Positions 25,555-35,425 of a stretch of DNA of 39,711 nt are shown here, in pieces (position 1 is the first letter of the stretch; the number at the start of each line of letters is the position of its first letter). This DNA is from an uncultured Planctomycetales bacterium. Lineage in GTDB: Bacteria; Omnitrophota; Gorgyraeia; Zapsychrales; JANLHA01. Where the stretch lies: the NCBI GenBank assembly GCA_964574575.1, contig CAZNNZ010000003.1, forward strand, positions 1 to 39,711. Direction: 5' to 3'. The notes under the pieces are model-generated. The model was not told where the DNA came from and did no database searches. It saw nothing but the letters and a program-made list of their open reading frames with translations. A program made the position numbers and the translations under genes.

Positions 25555-26910
25555 TTATTTTTGAGCAACAACCTCAACAGCGCCAGCAGTTTCTTTCTTC
25601 GGATAATATTTATCGACAAGATTCTGCTTAATCAGCAATTCCTTTGAATCAAAACATTCGGCCAAAGTCTTCCAACAAAGATCCAGCGCTTCGTTTAACG
25701 GTATTGACACATGAATATCCATGAATCGGCTCTTAAACAGTGAACCGTATTTTAACAATTTTTCATCGAATGCCGAAAGCTCAAAAGCCATTGCCTTCTT
25801 TTTTTCAGCTTCTTTAGCACCCGCATAAAACCGTATCATGGCATTCATAATCTGCGAGTGATCCTCACGAGTGACTTTTCCAATAACATGCTGTTTAAGA
25901 CGGGACAAAGATCCGAAAGGATCAATGATCTTATCATGCAAATAAAATTGCCCTTCGGTTATATAACCGGTATTATCCGGAACCGGATGGGTCACATCAT
26001 TGCCGGGCATGGTCGTTACTGAAAGGATCGTCACAGAACCCGCTCCTTTATAATCACAAGCCTTTTCATACCGGGAAGCCAGCTGCGTATAAAGATCTCC
26101 CATATACCCGCGGGTCGCCGGAATACGCTCGAGAGAAATGCCAATTTCCTTCATCGCATCAGCATAAGAGGTCATGTCGGTCAAAAGAACCAGAACACGC
26201 TTTTTTTCCTCAACAGCAAATTTTTCGGCAACTGCCAATGCCATATCAGGAACCAACATTCTTTCAACAATCGGATCCGAAGCCAAATTAACAAACATCA
26301 CCGTACGATGAAGAACGCCATGATCCTCAAAAGCCTTTTTAAAAAAATGAAAATCGTCAAAAATAAGCCCCATCCCGCCAAAAACAACAATTTCAGCATC
26401 CGCTTGAAATCCAATGCGGGCTAAAAGTTCATTAAACGGTTCCCCTGAAACAGAAAAAATCGGTATTTTCTGACTCTCAACAAGACAATTAAAAAGATCA
26501 ATCATCGGCACATTTGTTTCAATCATCTTTGACGGCATAACACGCATCATCGGATTGACAGTTGGCCCAGCAACATGGATCTTAGGATCATTAGAAATAT
26601 CCGGTCCACCATCAATCGGACTTCCTGATCCGCCAAAAATTCTGCCTAAAATATTGGGAGAATATGTCGCTTCAAAAGGATGCCCAAGAAAGCGAACCCC
26701 CGCATCGGTAGAAATCCCTTTGCCGCCTGAAAAAACCTGAAGACTAACGCGGTCGCGATTTAATTGGACAACGCGCGCAAAAGATGATTCTCCGTCAGTA
26801 TTATCAACAACGGCAAGATCACCTAACGCCACATTGTCAGCTTTCACTACAATCACGTCACCAATAATCTCGAGCACGCGCGTATGCCTAAAAATTTCAG
26901 GAATCGTCAT
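25555..26910 (-). CDS. atpB: V-type ATPase subunit B (non-catalytic)
   Basis: 451 aa with the family blocks PATRGYMGDLYTQLASRYEKA, SVTILSVTTMPGNDVTHPVPDNTGYITEGQFYL and a degenerate P-loop region. An AGGAGG SD lies upstream. Confidence 0.95.
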   Translation of the reverse strand: MTIPEIFRHTRVLEIIGDVIVVKADNVALGDLAVVDNTDGESSFARVVQLNRDRVSLQVFSGGKGISTDAGVRFLGHPFEATYSPNILGRIFGGSGSPIDGGPDISNDPKIHVAGPTVNPMMRVMPSKMIETNVPMIDLFNCLVESQKIPIFSVSGEPFNELLARIGFQADAEIVVFGGMGLIFDDFHFFKKAFEDHGVLHRTVMFVNLASDPIVERMLVPDMALAVAEKFAVEEKKRVLVLLTDMTSYADAMKEIGISLERIPATRGYMGDLYTQLASRYEKACDYKGAGSVTILSVTTMPGNDVTHPVPDNTGYITEGQFYLHDKIIDPFGSLSRLKQHVIGKVTREDHSQIMNAMIRFYAGAKEAEKKKAMAFELSAFDEKLLKYGSLFKSRFMDIHVSIPLNEALDLCWKTLAECFDSKELLIKQNLVDKYYPKKETAGAVEVVAQK

Positions 26911-26956
26911 TGGAACCTCCTATTAAATAAGTAATGTTGTCACTGCTTAAAAATTT

Positions 26957-29900
26957 TTATTTTGCATTAACCGGAACCTTATAAAATATTGTATAAAGCA
27001 CGGGAACAAAAACCAAAGTCAACAATGTCGCAAAGCCAAGCCCAAACATAATGGTCACCGCCATTGAAACAAAAAAAGCATCACCCAGCAAGGGAATCAT
27101 TCCAAAGATCGTCGTCACTGCCGCCATCATAACCGGCCGCATACGGCTGACACCTGAAATCACAACCGCATCGTAAGGCGGCTTACCAGCGGCAACCTGA
27201 GCATTAATCTCATCAATGAGAACGATAGCATTTTTGATCAACATCCCCGAAAGGCTCAATAAACCCAGAAGAGGCATAAACCCAAAAGACTGCCCGAACA
27301 TCATAAGCCCAGCGGTGACACCGATAACAGCCAACGGCACGGTTAACCAAATCGCCAAAGGCTCGAGAAGATTATTAAAAAGAAAAATAACAATTAAAAC
27401 CATTATAATAAAAAATTTCGGAATATTTTCTGCCAAGCGGGAATTGGCTTTAGCAGAATCCTCGCCCTCACCGCCCCACCCAAAACTATAACCCGGCATA
27501 CCCTTGATCGAATATTCATTCTTGTAATAGAGAGGAATCGTCTTTGCGTTCCATTTTTTGGGATCAACTTCTTTCCCAGTAATTAACGCAGTGTCCGCAT
27601 TAAGCGCTTTTTCTATCTTGGCCTTGATGCGGCTAAACAAAATGCTGGGCAATCCAGAAACCGGATCCGCGTTAATTCTAAGCATATATTTACGGTTGCG
27701 TCTCCAAAGGTTGGCATCCTCATAAGTCGTGCTAAAACCAGAAACAATCTGCGCCATCGGAATCATTTTTTGCTGAGCCGGACTCCAAATCTCAAGTCGG
27801 TTTAAGTTGTCAAGATTAAGCCGTTCACTTTCCGGAGCACGGGCAACAATACTAATCAACTTGTCGTTTTCGCGGTAAACGCCAACTTGTGTACCTTGGA
27901 AAGCGGCCTCGATGGTCTTGGCAATATCTGGCCTATCAATTCCTAAACGCCGAGCCTGAGCTTCTGCAACTAAAGGACGAATGACTTTGACTTTTTCTCC
28001 CCAAATGTCATAAACTCCTTTGGCGCCGCCATCTTCATTAATAATAGCTCTAGCTTTTTCGGCCAACTTTCTAACCTCATCCACATTAGGCCCATTAATA
28101 CGTAATTGTATCTTTCCACCTTCGCCAGGACCTAATAGGAATTTTTTTGTAATGACCGTCACGTCCGGAAACAGTTCAGACAAATTGTTTTGAACTTCGC
28201 CGATCGTTTTATCAATACTTTTAAAATCATCCACCTTAACTAATATCTGTCCAAAAGAACGAGTCGCCATTTCCGTCGGATAAACCAATAAAAACCGGAC
28301 CTGTCCACCTCCGATAAATTGAACAGTATGCTTAATTTCTTTGCGTTTTTTCAAATACTCATCTGCCTGATTAAGGACTTTGACAGTATGCTCAACCTGT
28401 GAACCTTCTGGAAGCCAAAAATTAATGAAATATTGCGGCGTAGTCGAATTCGGGAAAAAACTTACCGGAATTTGCTTAAACCCTATGATCGACAAAATAA
28501 ACAAAACACTGACAATCCCGACGGTGACTACTCTATTGCGAAGACACAGTTCAAGAAAATTCTTGTAAACAACAAACAATTTCCCGGCATAAGGGTCTTT
28601 TTGTTGTGCCGCACTTGGCTTGAAGTTTTTTCCGATAAGAAACATTTTGCAAAACAACGGCGTCATCGTAACCGCGGTGACCCAGCTAAACATAAGAGAA
28701 ATCAAAATAACTTGAAAAAGAGTCCGGCAATATTCCCCTGTTGAATCTTGCGAAGTTCCAATAGCGGCAAACGCGGTGACTGCCACAATGGTCGCTCCCA
28801 ATAAAGGCATTGCTGTTTGACCAACAATTTCTTTGGCCGCTTGCAGAGCATCCCCGCCGCTTTCCATTTTGATCTTCATCCCCTCGGTAACCACAATCGC
28901 ATTATCCACCAGCATACCCAATGCGATGATCAGCGCTCCCAGAGAAATTCTCTCCAACGTTACGCCCCACGCATCCATAAAAATAAACGTGCCGGCAATC
29001 GTAAGCAAAAGAATCCAACCAATGATCAAACCACTGCGAAGTCCCATAAAAATCAAAAGAACAACTACCACAATAAGAACGGATTCCCAAAGGCTCACAA
29101 CAAAATCACTAATAGATTTTTTAACAGCCTCTGCTTGGAAATAAATAGTGTCCACCTTGATCCCAACAGGAATCTGCGCAACCAACTCTTTTACTTTTTT
29201 CGCAAGCCCGTCGCCCATCGTCACAGCATTGCCGCCCATAATCGTTGATATCCCTAAACCAACCGAAGGCTGACCATCATATTTCATAATAAATCGTGAA
29301 GGTTCTTCATAACCACGACGAACGGTCGCAACATCCTTCAAATAAACCAAGCGATCTGAACCTAAACCACCGATCAAAAGCTCGCCAAACTCTTTTTCTG
29401 ACTTAAATTCACCCGTAGGATTTAAAGGAAGAAACTCAGTCCCTAAGTTTGCGCTACCTGCATTTGAAACAACATTTTTTGCTTTTAATGAATCATAAAT
29501 ATTCTGTTGCGAAACGCCCAGTTGCGACATTTTTTCACGATTCATTTCAATATAAATAACTTCATTCTGGTCACCGTAAAATGTGATTTTCTTTACGTCT
29601 TGGACCTGCAGCAACTCGCGTCTGAGAAACTCAGCCGTGTCTTTTAATTCTGCGTAGGTGTAACCCTCTCCTCTTAAAGCCAAAAACACGCCATAAACAT
29701 CACCAAAATCATCATTGACAATTGGTTCCCCTGCACCGGGAGGAAGTTGTCCTTTGGCATTTTGAATTTTACGACGCAACTCATCCCAAACCTGAGGCAA
29801 AGCTGATTTATCATATTGATCTTTAATAAAAACCTTGACCGTCGAAAGATTACGCGAAGATTTTGATTCGACATAATCAAGCTGGCCCATCTCTTGAACC

Positions 29901-30109
29901 GCTTTTTCGATGACATTGGTAACTTCCTCGGCAACTTCTTTTGCTGAAGCGCCAGGATATGGCGTGGTAATCGTAGCTTGCTTGATTGTAAATTCTGGGT
30001 CTTCCAAACGCGATAATTTTTGATACGATTTTATACCGGCAAAAAGGACAACCGCAGTTAAAACAAGAGTGATAACACTTTTCTTAATCGAAAATTCGGC
30101 AATATTCAT
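26957..30109 (-). CDS. RND efflux transporter, inner-membrane permease (AcrB/HAE-type)
   Basis: 1050 aa. N-terminus MNIAEFSIKKSVITLVLTAVVLFAGIKSY..L.RLEDPEFTIK, two large periplasmic loops and 12 TM-like segments. GMLVDNAIVVTE and GMLIKNAIVLID are the duplicated TM4/TM10 motifs. Confidence 0.9.
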   Translation of the reverse strand: MNIAEFSIKKSVITLVLTAVVLFAGIKSYQKLSRLEDPEFTIKQATITTPYPGASAKEVAEEVTNVIEKAVQEMGQLDYVESKSSRNLSTVKVFIKDQYDKSALPQVWDELRRKIQNAKGQLPPGAGEPIVNDDFGDVYGVFLALRGEGYTYAELKDTAEFLRRELLQVQDVKKITFYGDQNEVIYIEMNREKMSQLGVSQQNIYDSLKAKNVVSNAGSANLGTEFLPLNPTGEFKSEKEFGELLIGGLGSDRLVYLKDVATVRRGYEEPSRFIMKYDGQPSVGLGISTIMGGNAVTMGDGLAKKVKELVAQIPVGIKVDTIYFQAEAVKKSISDFVVSLWESVLIVVVVLLIFMGLRSGLIIGWILLLTIAGTFIFMDAWGVTLERISLGALIIALGMLVDNAIVVTEGMKIKMESGGDALQAAKEIVGQTAMPLLGATIVAVTAFAAIGTSQDSTGEYCRTLFQVILISLMFSWVTAVTMTPLFCKMFLIGKNFKPSAAQQKDPYAGKLFVVYKNFLELCLRNRVVTVGIVSVLFILSIIGFKQIPVSFFPNSTTPQYFINFWLPEGSQVEHTVKVLNQADEYLKKRKEIKHTVQFIGGGQVRFLLVYPTEMATRSFGQILVKVDDFKSIDKTIGEVQNNLSELFPDVTVITKKFLLGPGEGGKIQLRINGPNVDEVRKLAEKARAIINEDGGAKGVYDIWGEKVKVIRPLVAEAQARRLGIDRPDIAKTIEAAFQGTQVGVYRENDKLISIVARAPESERLNLDNLNRLEIWSPAQQKMIPMAQIVSGFSTTYEDANLWRRNRKYMLRINADPVSGLPSILFSRIKAKIEKALNADTALITGKEVDPKKWNAKTIPLYYKNEYSIKGMPGYSFGWGGEGEDSAKANSRLAENIPKFFIIMVLIVIFLFNNLLEPLAIWLTVPLAVIGVTAGLMMFGQSFGFMPLLGLLSLSGMLIKNAIVLIDEINAQVAAGKPPYDAVVISGVSRMRPVMMAAVTTIFGMIPLLGDAFFVSMAVTIMFGLGFATLLTLVFVPVLYTIFYKVPVNAK

Positions 30110-30116
30110 AAGTTGG

Positions 30117-31223
30117 CTACTCCGTGATCTTTTCTCTTTCTGTTTTTTGCAAAACCTTCATCCCTTCACTTAGTTCGCGAATACCAGCGACCACGATCGC
30201 CATTCCAGGCTCCAAACCACCTTTGACTTCAATACTTCCTGTACCGGTGACTTCACCCATTGTGATATCACGTTTATGAACCGTCTGATCTTTTTCATCA
30301 ACGACCCACACGTACGACTTTCCAGATGGATCAGCTTGAACAGCCGTTGACGGCAAAAGATAAACCGAACTGGCTTTTTGACCATCTTTTGCCTCAAGAC
30401 TTAAAGAAACTTTAGCTGACATGCCAGGCAAAACCTGAACTTTGTCCGGACGAGGAAGCGTAAATTTAACCTTAAATGTCTGAGTCACAGGATCAGCTTG
30501 AGTTTCATATTCTTTGACTTCAAGATTGAAATTTTGTCCAGGAAAGGTATCAAACTCAGCCTTCGCCTCTTTAAGCTTCATGGCTTGCAATACTGCCAAA
30601 TCCCTCTCAGGCACATAAACAACAACTTCGATAGCTTCATTATTTTGAATCCTGGCGATTGATTCCTTAGCTTGAACCGACTGAAAATTATCAACATTAA
30701 TCGTCGCGACAACGCCCGCAAATGGCGCTCTCAAATACGAATCCTGAACCTTCTTTTCGGCGATCTTTTTATTGGATTCCGCAACGGACTTGTTGCGTTC
30801 TTTAGTTTCAAGGTCTTGACGCGAAACAGCATCTTTTTCATACAGCTCTCGATATCGATTAAGTTCCGCCAAAGTCTTTTCATAATCCGCTTTTTTTGCA
30901 ACAAGATCATTTTCATAATCCCGTGCATCGAGCTTGGCTATCACATCGCCAGCGGCAACAGACATCCCGCGAGTAACAGGCAATTCGATGATTTTACCGG
31001 CAACTTCAAAAGAAACATCAACGCTGTCCTTAGCTTCGGTCTTTCCAGAATAAGACCGCGTCGCCACTCCACCCACGTCCTCAATAACCATGACTCGAAC
31101 AGGCCGAGCTGGCTGGACTTGTTCAACTTCCTTAGCTTTATTTCCACAAGAACTCAAAACAATCCCCACAAGAACAAAAAACACATATTGAATCATAAAT
31201 CTTTTTCTAAGCATCATTTTCAT
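30117..31223 (-). CDS. RND periplasmic adaptor (membrane fusion protein), lipoprotein
   Basis: Lipobox in MKMMLRKRFMIQYVFFVLVGIVLSSCGNK, a coiled-coil hairpin region (DYENDLVAKKADYEKTLAELNRYRELYEKDAVSRQDLE) and a beta-barrel/MP domain. I prefer the ATG at 31223 (GGAAAGGG SD upstream) to the track start at 31256. Confidence 0.85.
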   Translation of the reverse strand: MKMMLRKRFMIQYVFFVLVGIVLSSCGNKAKEVEQVQPARPVRVMVIEDVGGVATRSYSGKTEAKDSVDVSFEVAGKIIELPVTRGMSVAAGDVIAKLDARDYENDLVAKKADYEKTLAELNRYRELYEKDAVSRQDLETKERNKSVAESNKKIAEKKVQDSYLRAPFAGVVATINVDNFQSVQAKESIARIQNNEAIEVVVYVPERDLAVLQAMKLKEAKAEFDTFPGQNFNLEVKEYETQADPVTQTFKVKFTLPRPDKVQVLPGMSAKVSLSLEAKDGQKASSVYLLPSTAVQADPSGKSYVWVVDEKDQTVHKRDITMGEVTGTGSIEVKGGLEPGMAIVVAGIRELSEGMKVLQKTEREKITE

Positions 31224-31260
31224 AGAATCACCCTTTCCTTCTCTAAATATATACATTTGA

Positions 31261-33636
31261 TCACTTGCCTACGGCAACACCCTTGGATTCGAAATAACCT
31301 TGAACATCTTTAATCCATTTTTCCCGGCTCTCTTTAGAATCCAACATATAAAACCTCGCGACTTGCCTATCAAAACTCGCTAAATTATCAAAGAAATTAT
31401 ACACAGCAATCACAGCATCCGCTTCACGCTGAAATTTATCAGTTTGAATGTTAATCAAATCAACATAAGAAATAAGACCTTCCTGATATTTGAGTTTCAT
31501 AATCTCATATTCTTCGGTCGTACTCTCCATAGATTGACGCTTAAGATCAATCGAAGGCAATGAATTATAAATAGCATACGCAGAAAGCCTAATATCTCGT
31601 TCAATTTCCTGCTTCTTAAGAAACTGGGAATACCGCAACTGTTTTAGAATATCCCGCTGTTTCATCGAATCAATCGGCCGTCTACCCTGATCAAAAAGCG
31701 GATAAGTCAAGCGAACACCCACATCCCAGCCATCATTATCTCCAACTTGGTCAGGACCATGATAATTTTCTTCGATACTCCTATTGATATTTCCATCCAC
31801 TGAAACCTCAGGCAGGAAAAATTTTCCGTCGGCAGATTTAATAGTATTATTCTGTTGTTTGATTCCAATATCCAGCGCTTTAATCTCCGGCGAATTACCC
31901 ATAGCCTGCGCAACCGAAAACGCCAAAAACATCTTGAGTGTTTCAGAATTAGTAACATACGGATCTAAACTTTTACCGCCGATATAGTATTGAAGAGTCT
32001 CAAGCCCAACATCCTGTTCGGCAAAAACCTCTTCCTGCCCTTTATTCATCAACTGATTGAGAATGACACGCGCCTGAAAAACATTTGAATCTCTCAAAAG
32101 AACCAATGACTTTTCACTGGCTAATTCTGCTTGCCAACGCAAAACTTCTTCTTTGCCAGCTGTCCCCGTATCTCTTCGTCTTTGAGCAACAGCCAAATTT
32201 TCGGTAACGGACTTGACCCTTTCCTGCTCAACCTTCAAGAGAGCCTTGGCTCTCAAATAATTAAGATAAGCGCTGATTGTTTGCTGTGTAATATCCAGCG
32301 TAAAAGTCGCTTTGTTTAATTCTTCGACCTTAACCTGCATTTTAGCGTTACTGATATTACGGATAACCGGATGACTAAAAATCAATTGATTTAACCTAAT
32401 TCCCTGAAATGTATTTTCTTTTGGAATAGTCGAAGCATAGCGGGATTTATCATAATCCGTTCTTTCGTAATCAAGATGATATTGCGCACTGGGCAAATAG
32501 CTTGACCAAGCCAACCAATAATCCTTGCCGACCGCCTTGATTTGCTCATTAAGAATTTTGAAATTCAAATTGTTCTTAAGAGCATCGTCAACCGCCTGTT
32601 GCATCGAAAGAGCTGCGCCTTGAAGATCATCTCTAAAAAGCACCTCGGCATTCATTAAAATATCAAACGGAAGCGACAAATTGATTTGATTGGCAGTCCG
32701 CTGGTTAACGACAAGAGCATTCTCAAGGTCAAAACGAGTCGAAATTGTTCCGGCGTCTTCTCCTTTAATGATACGATCAACAGTCAGCGCAATTCTACGG
32801 GATAATTGCGTCTTTAGCTTAGGAACACGTCCTGCCAAAATCCCTTCTTCGACATCTTCATATCCTTTGTAAGAAAATGTCGGAATCTTACGTTTGTTAA
32901 TTTCATCGATAAAAATTTTATTTTCTTCGCGAGAAAGATTAAGAGGAGTGACATAGAGAGCTTTCACTTTAGCTTCATCAATACGAGCGAGGATCTCCTT
33001 GACGGTTCCTGCTCCAGAGATCAATTCCACCTTAATATCTTTTTGATTCAACGTCGCAGAAACCTTTTGAGCATACGCTTTAAGACCATCAACGACAAGA
33101 ACATGAACTGTATCGTACGAGAGAATCCGACGGAACAAACGCATATCCTCACCTATAGCATTGACTTTGGAAGGATAATAAAAGTTAGCAACCCCGGTTG
33201 TCCCTTGCGCTGTTTTTGGCATGCCCAAAATCTCGGGATCCAAAAGAGAAACGACAATCACTGGTTTTGAAACAGGTAAATGAGTATTGACCGCTGCGGT
33301 AAATAGTGGACCTGACACAAGGATTATGTCAACAGCTGGATCTTCGAGAGATTTTTTTAATAATGCTTCAACGCGGACTGGATCCCATTGTGCAGTTTGT
33401 TCAGGAAAAAAATTGACCTTATAATTATCCGCTGCAATAACCGTCAAATCATTGCGAATGTTTTGGAATAAACTCTTAGAATAAGCATAGTCACCATCTA
33501 GGAGGGTCGCAATGGATTTAGTCGAAATCGTGCTGTTGAAGGAATCAGAGGTTTGAGCAAAACTTAATTTGTCACTGAAGGATAAACACGGGGAAAAAAA
33601 AAGCAAAAGAAACAAACTGATCGATTTTTTTATCAT
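31261..33636 (-). CDS. Outer-membrane efflux factor (TolC/OEP family, C-terminal about 450 aa) fused to an N-terminal periplasmic-binding-protein-like domain (about 340 aa, ABC_sub_bind-like)
   Basis: 791 aa with a signal peptide (MIKKSISLFLLLFFSPCLSFS). Residues about 40-335 show alternating beta-alpha segments and a C-terminal motif VVNQRTANQINLSLPFDILMNAEVL, resembling the end of ABC_sub_bind/PBP1 proteins. From about residue 340 (LSMQQAVDDALKNNLNFKILNEQI...) the protein has the two-repeat TolC-like organisation with coiled-coil segments. Confidence 0.8.
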   Translation of the reverse strand: MIKKSISLFLLLFFSPCLSFSDKLSFAQTSDSFNSTISTKSIATLLDGDYAYSKSLFQNIRNDLTVIAADNYKVNFFPEQTAQWDPVRVEALLKKSLEDPAVDIILVSGPLFTAAVNTHLPVSKPVIVVSLLDPEILGMPKTAQGTTGVANFYYPSKVNAIGEDMRLFRRILSYDTVHVLVVDGLKAYAQKVSATLNQKDIKVELISGAGTVKEILARIDEAKVKALYVTPLNLSREENKIFIDEINKRKIPTFSYKGYEDVEEGILAGRVPKLKTQLSRRIALTVDRIIKGEDAGTISTRFDLENALVVNQRTANQINLSLPFDILMNAEVLFRDDLQGAALSMQQAVDDALKNNLNFKILNEQIKAVGKDYWLAWSSYLPSAQYHLDYERTDYDKSRYASTIPKENTFQGIRLNQLIFSHPVIRNISNAKMQVKVEELNKATFTLDITQQTISAYLNYLRAKALLKVEQERVKSVTENLAVAQRRRDTGTAGKEEVLRWQAELASEKSLVLLRDSNVFQARVILNQLMNKGQEEVFAEQDVGLETLQYYIGGKSLDPYVTNSETLKMFLAFSVAQAMGNSPEIKALDIGIKQQNNTIKSADGKFFLPEVSVDGNINRSIEENYHGPDQVGDNDGWDVGVRLTYPLFDQGRRPIDSMKQRDILKQLRYSQFLKKQEIERDIRLSAYAIYNSLPSIDLKRQSMESTTEEYEIMKLKYQEGLISYVDLINIQTDKFQREADAVIAVYNFFDNLASFDRQVARFYMLDSKESREKWIKDVQGYFESKGVAVGK

Positions 33637-33656
33637 AGCATCAAACTCCTAAACCT

Positions 33657-33686
33657 TTTTTATACTAGGATTGCAGCTTATACAAA
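33657..33686 (-). promoter_or_regulatory. Candidate sigma70-type promoter for the RND operon (weak)
   Basis: Minus-strand reading gives TTTGTA/TTGTAT ... TATAAA (spacer 15-16 nt) in the only sizeable intergenic gap (113 nt) of the central array. An AGGAG SD precedes the ATG at 33636. The -35 match is poor, so this is tentative. Confidence 0.2.
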
Positions 33687-33749
33687 AAAGTTATTTTTGT
33701 CTATTAGAATTTGTACTGACCGCCAGAACATTCGTGTCTAAGAAAATTG

Positions 33750-35411
33750 TCACCCTGTCACGAGCAAAGAACGCGACAGTATGCCTCCAGAAATGTTTAG
33801 GACTTTAAACCCATTTTGCAAAAGAATACGAGTGGCTAAATAAGCGCGCTGAGCCGAACGGCAAATGACAAATATCTCTTTGTCTTTCGGAAGTTCTTTA
33901 AGACGACTACGCAATTGCGCCAAAGGAATATTAAGTGCACCCGGCACTTTTTCGACGGCAAGTTCTGAAGGGTTCCGAACATCGAGAAGAAATCCGTCAG
34001 TAATCGAATCCCAATGAACAACTGGCATATCCCCGCGAAGAATATTGGCGGCGATCATCCCCATAAAATTGACAGGATCTTTTGCGCTGCCAAATGGCGG
34101 CGCATAACAAAGCTCGGATTCTTCCAAATCATACACGGTACATTGATTTTGTATCGCCATAGCAATCGCATCAACACGCGCTTTGACTCCGTGCTCTCCA
34201 AAAACCTGCACACCTAAAACACGGCCATTAGATTTTCGAAACAAAAATTTAATCGATAGCATCACAGCCCCCGGATAATATCCAGCGTGTGAATTAGGAA
34301 AAAGATAAATTTTTTCATAATCCGTGTCTCCCATTCTAATGAGCTGTTTTTCACTGACGCCAGTGGACGCTACCGCCGCACCAAAAACCTGACAAATCGA
34401 AGTTCCCTGTGTACCACGATATCGAGAATCACGTCCGGTCATAACCTCGGCGGCAATACGACCTTGACGATTCGCCGGCCCGGCCAGCGGAATAAGCGTC
34501 CATTGCCCCGTCACAAAATCTTTGATCTCGACGGCATCGCCAACAGCAAAAATATCAGGATTACTTGTGCGCATCTGCTCATCAACACGAATTCCCCCAC
34601 GCTCTCCAATCTCAATCCCCGCCATTTTAGCTAATTCGATTTCGGGTTTTACACCGATGGCGCAAATCACAATATCTGCCGGATAAATTTTCCCAGATTC
34701 CGTTAATACTTCAAGCGCACCATCAGCTGACTGCTTAAATCCAGCCAACCCGTCGCTAAGCTCGACCTTTACTCCATTATCGATAAACCGACGTTTAACC
34801 AAAAGTGCAATCTGTGAATCAAGCGGTGGCATCAACTGATTCATTTTTTCAATCAGCGTAACTTGAGCGCCGGTATGAACCAAATTTTCCGCCATCTCCA
34901 AACCAATGAATCCACCGCCGATCACAACCGCACGTTTCGCTTTATTGACCGCTTGATCCCCAACGCTTTGACGAGAAAGCCAAGTTTTAATAGCTCTTGT
35001 ATCAGGAACCGTTCTTAGAGTAAAAATTCCGGGAAGATCGAACCCGGGAAGTTTAGGCTTAATCGGTGCCGATCCGGGAGAAAGGACAAGTTTGTCGTAC
35101 GATTCAATAGTCACCTTACCAGTTTTAAGATCCTTTAACTCTACTGTTTTGTTAAGAGTCGAAATACCGGTCACTTCACATTGAGTTCGCACATCAATAG
35201 CAAACTGATCACGGAATGTCGCCTCGGTGGCTACAAAAAGGCTGGATTCTTTTTCAATAACTCCGCCGATATGATAGGGCAAACCGCAATTCGCATAGGA
35301 AACATACGGCCCCCGTTCGACCATGAGGATATGAGCTTTTTCATCCAACCTGCGCAAACGCGCCGCACACGACGCGCCGCCTGCGACTCCACCAACGATA
35401 ATAACTTTCAT
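33750..35411 (-). CDS. CoA-disulfide reductase-type FAD/NAD(P)H oxidoreductase with C-terminal rhodanese domain (CoADR-RHD / persulfide-polysulfide reductase-like)
   Basis: MKVIIVGGVAGGASCAARLRRL (FAD fold), redox Cys in YVSYANCGLPYHIGG, a second dinucleotide fold AVVIGGGFIGLEMAE, and a C-terminal rhodanese module with the active-site loop FVICRSAQRA. Confidence 0.85.
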   Translation of the reverse strand: MKVIIVGGVAGGASCAARLRRLDEKAHILMVERGPYVSYANCGLPYHIGGVIEKESSLFVATEATFRDQFAIDVRTQCEVTGISTLNKTVELKDLKTGKVTIESYDKLVLSPGSAPIKPKLPGFDLPGIFTLRTVPDTRAIKTWLSRQSVGDQAVNKAKRAVVIGGGFIGLEMAENLVHTGAQVTLIEKMNQLMPPLDSQIALLVKRRFIDNGVKVELSDGLAGFKQSADGALEVLTESGKIYPADIVICAIGVKPEIELAKMAGIEIGERGGIRVDEQMRTSNPDIFAVGDAVEIKDFVTGQWTLIPLAGPANRQGRIAAEVMTGRDSRYRGTQGTSICQVFGAAVASTGVSEKQLIRMGDTDYEKIYLFPNSHAGYYPGAVMLSIKFLFRKSNGRVLGVQVFGEHGVKARVDAIAMAIQNQCTVYDLEESELCYAPPFGSAKDPVNFMGMIAANILRGDMPVVHWDSITDGFLLDVRNPSELAVEKVPGALNIPLAQLRSRLKELPKDKEIFVICRSAQRAYLATRILLQNGFKVLNISGGILSRSLLVTG

Positions 35412-35425
35412 GTTTTATTTTCCCC

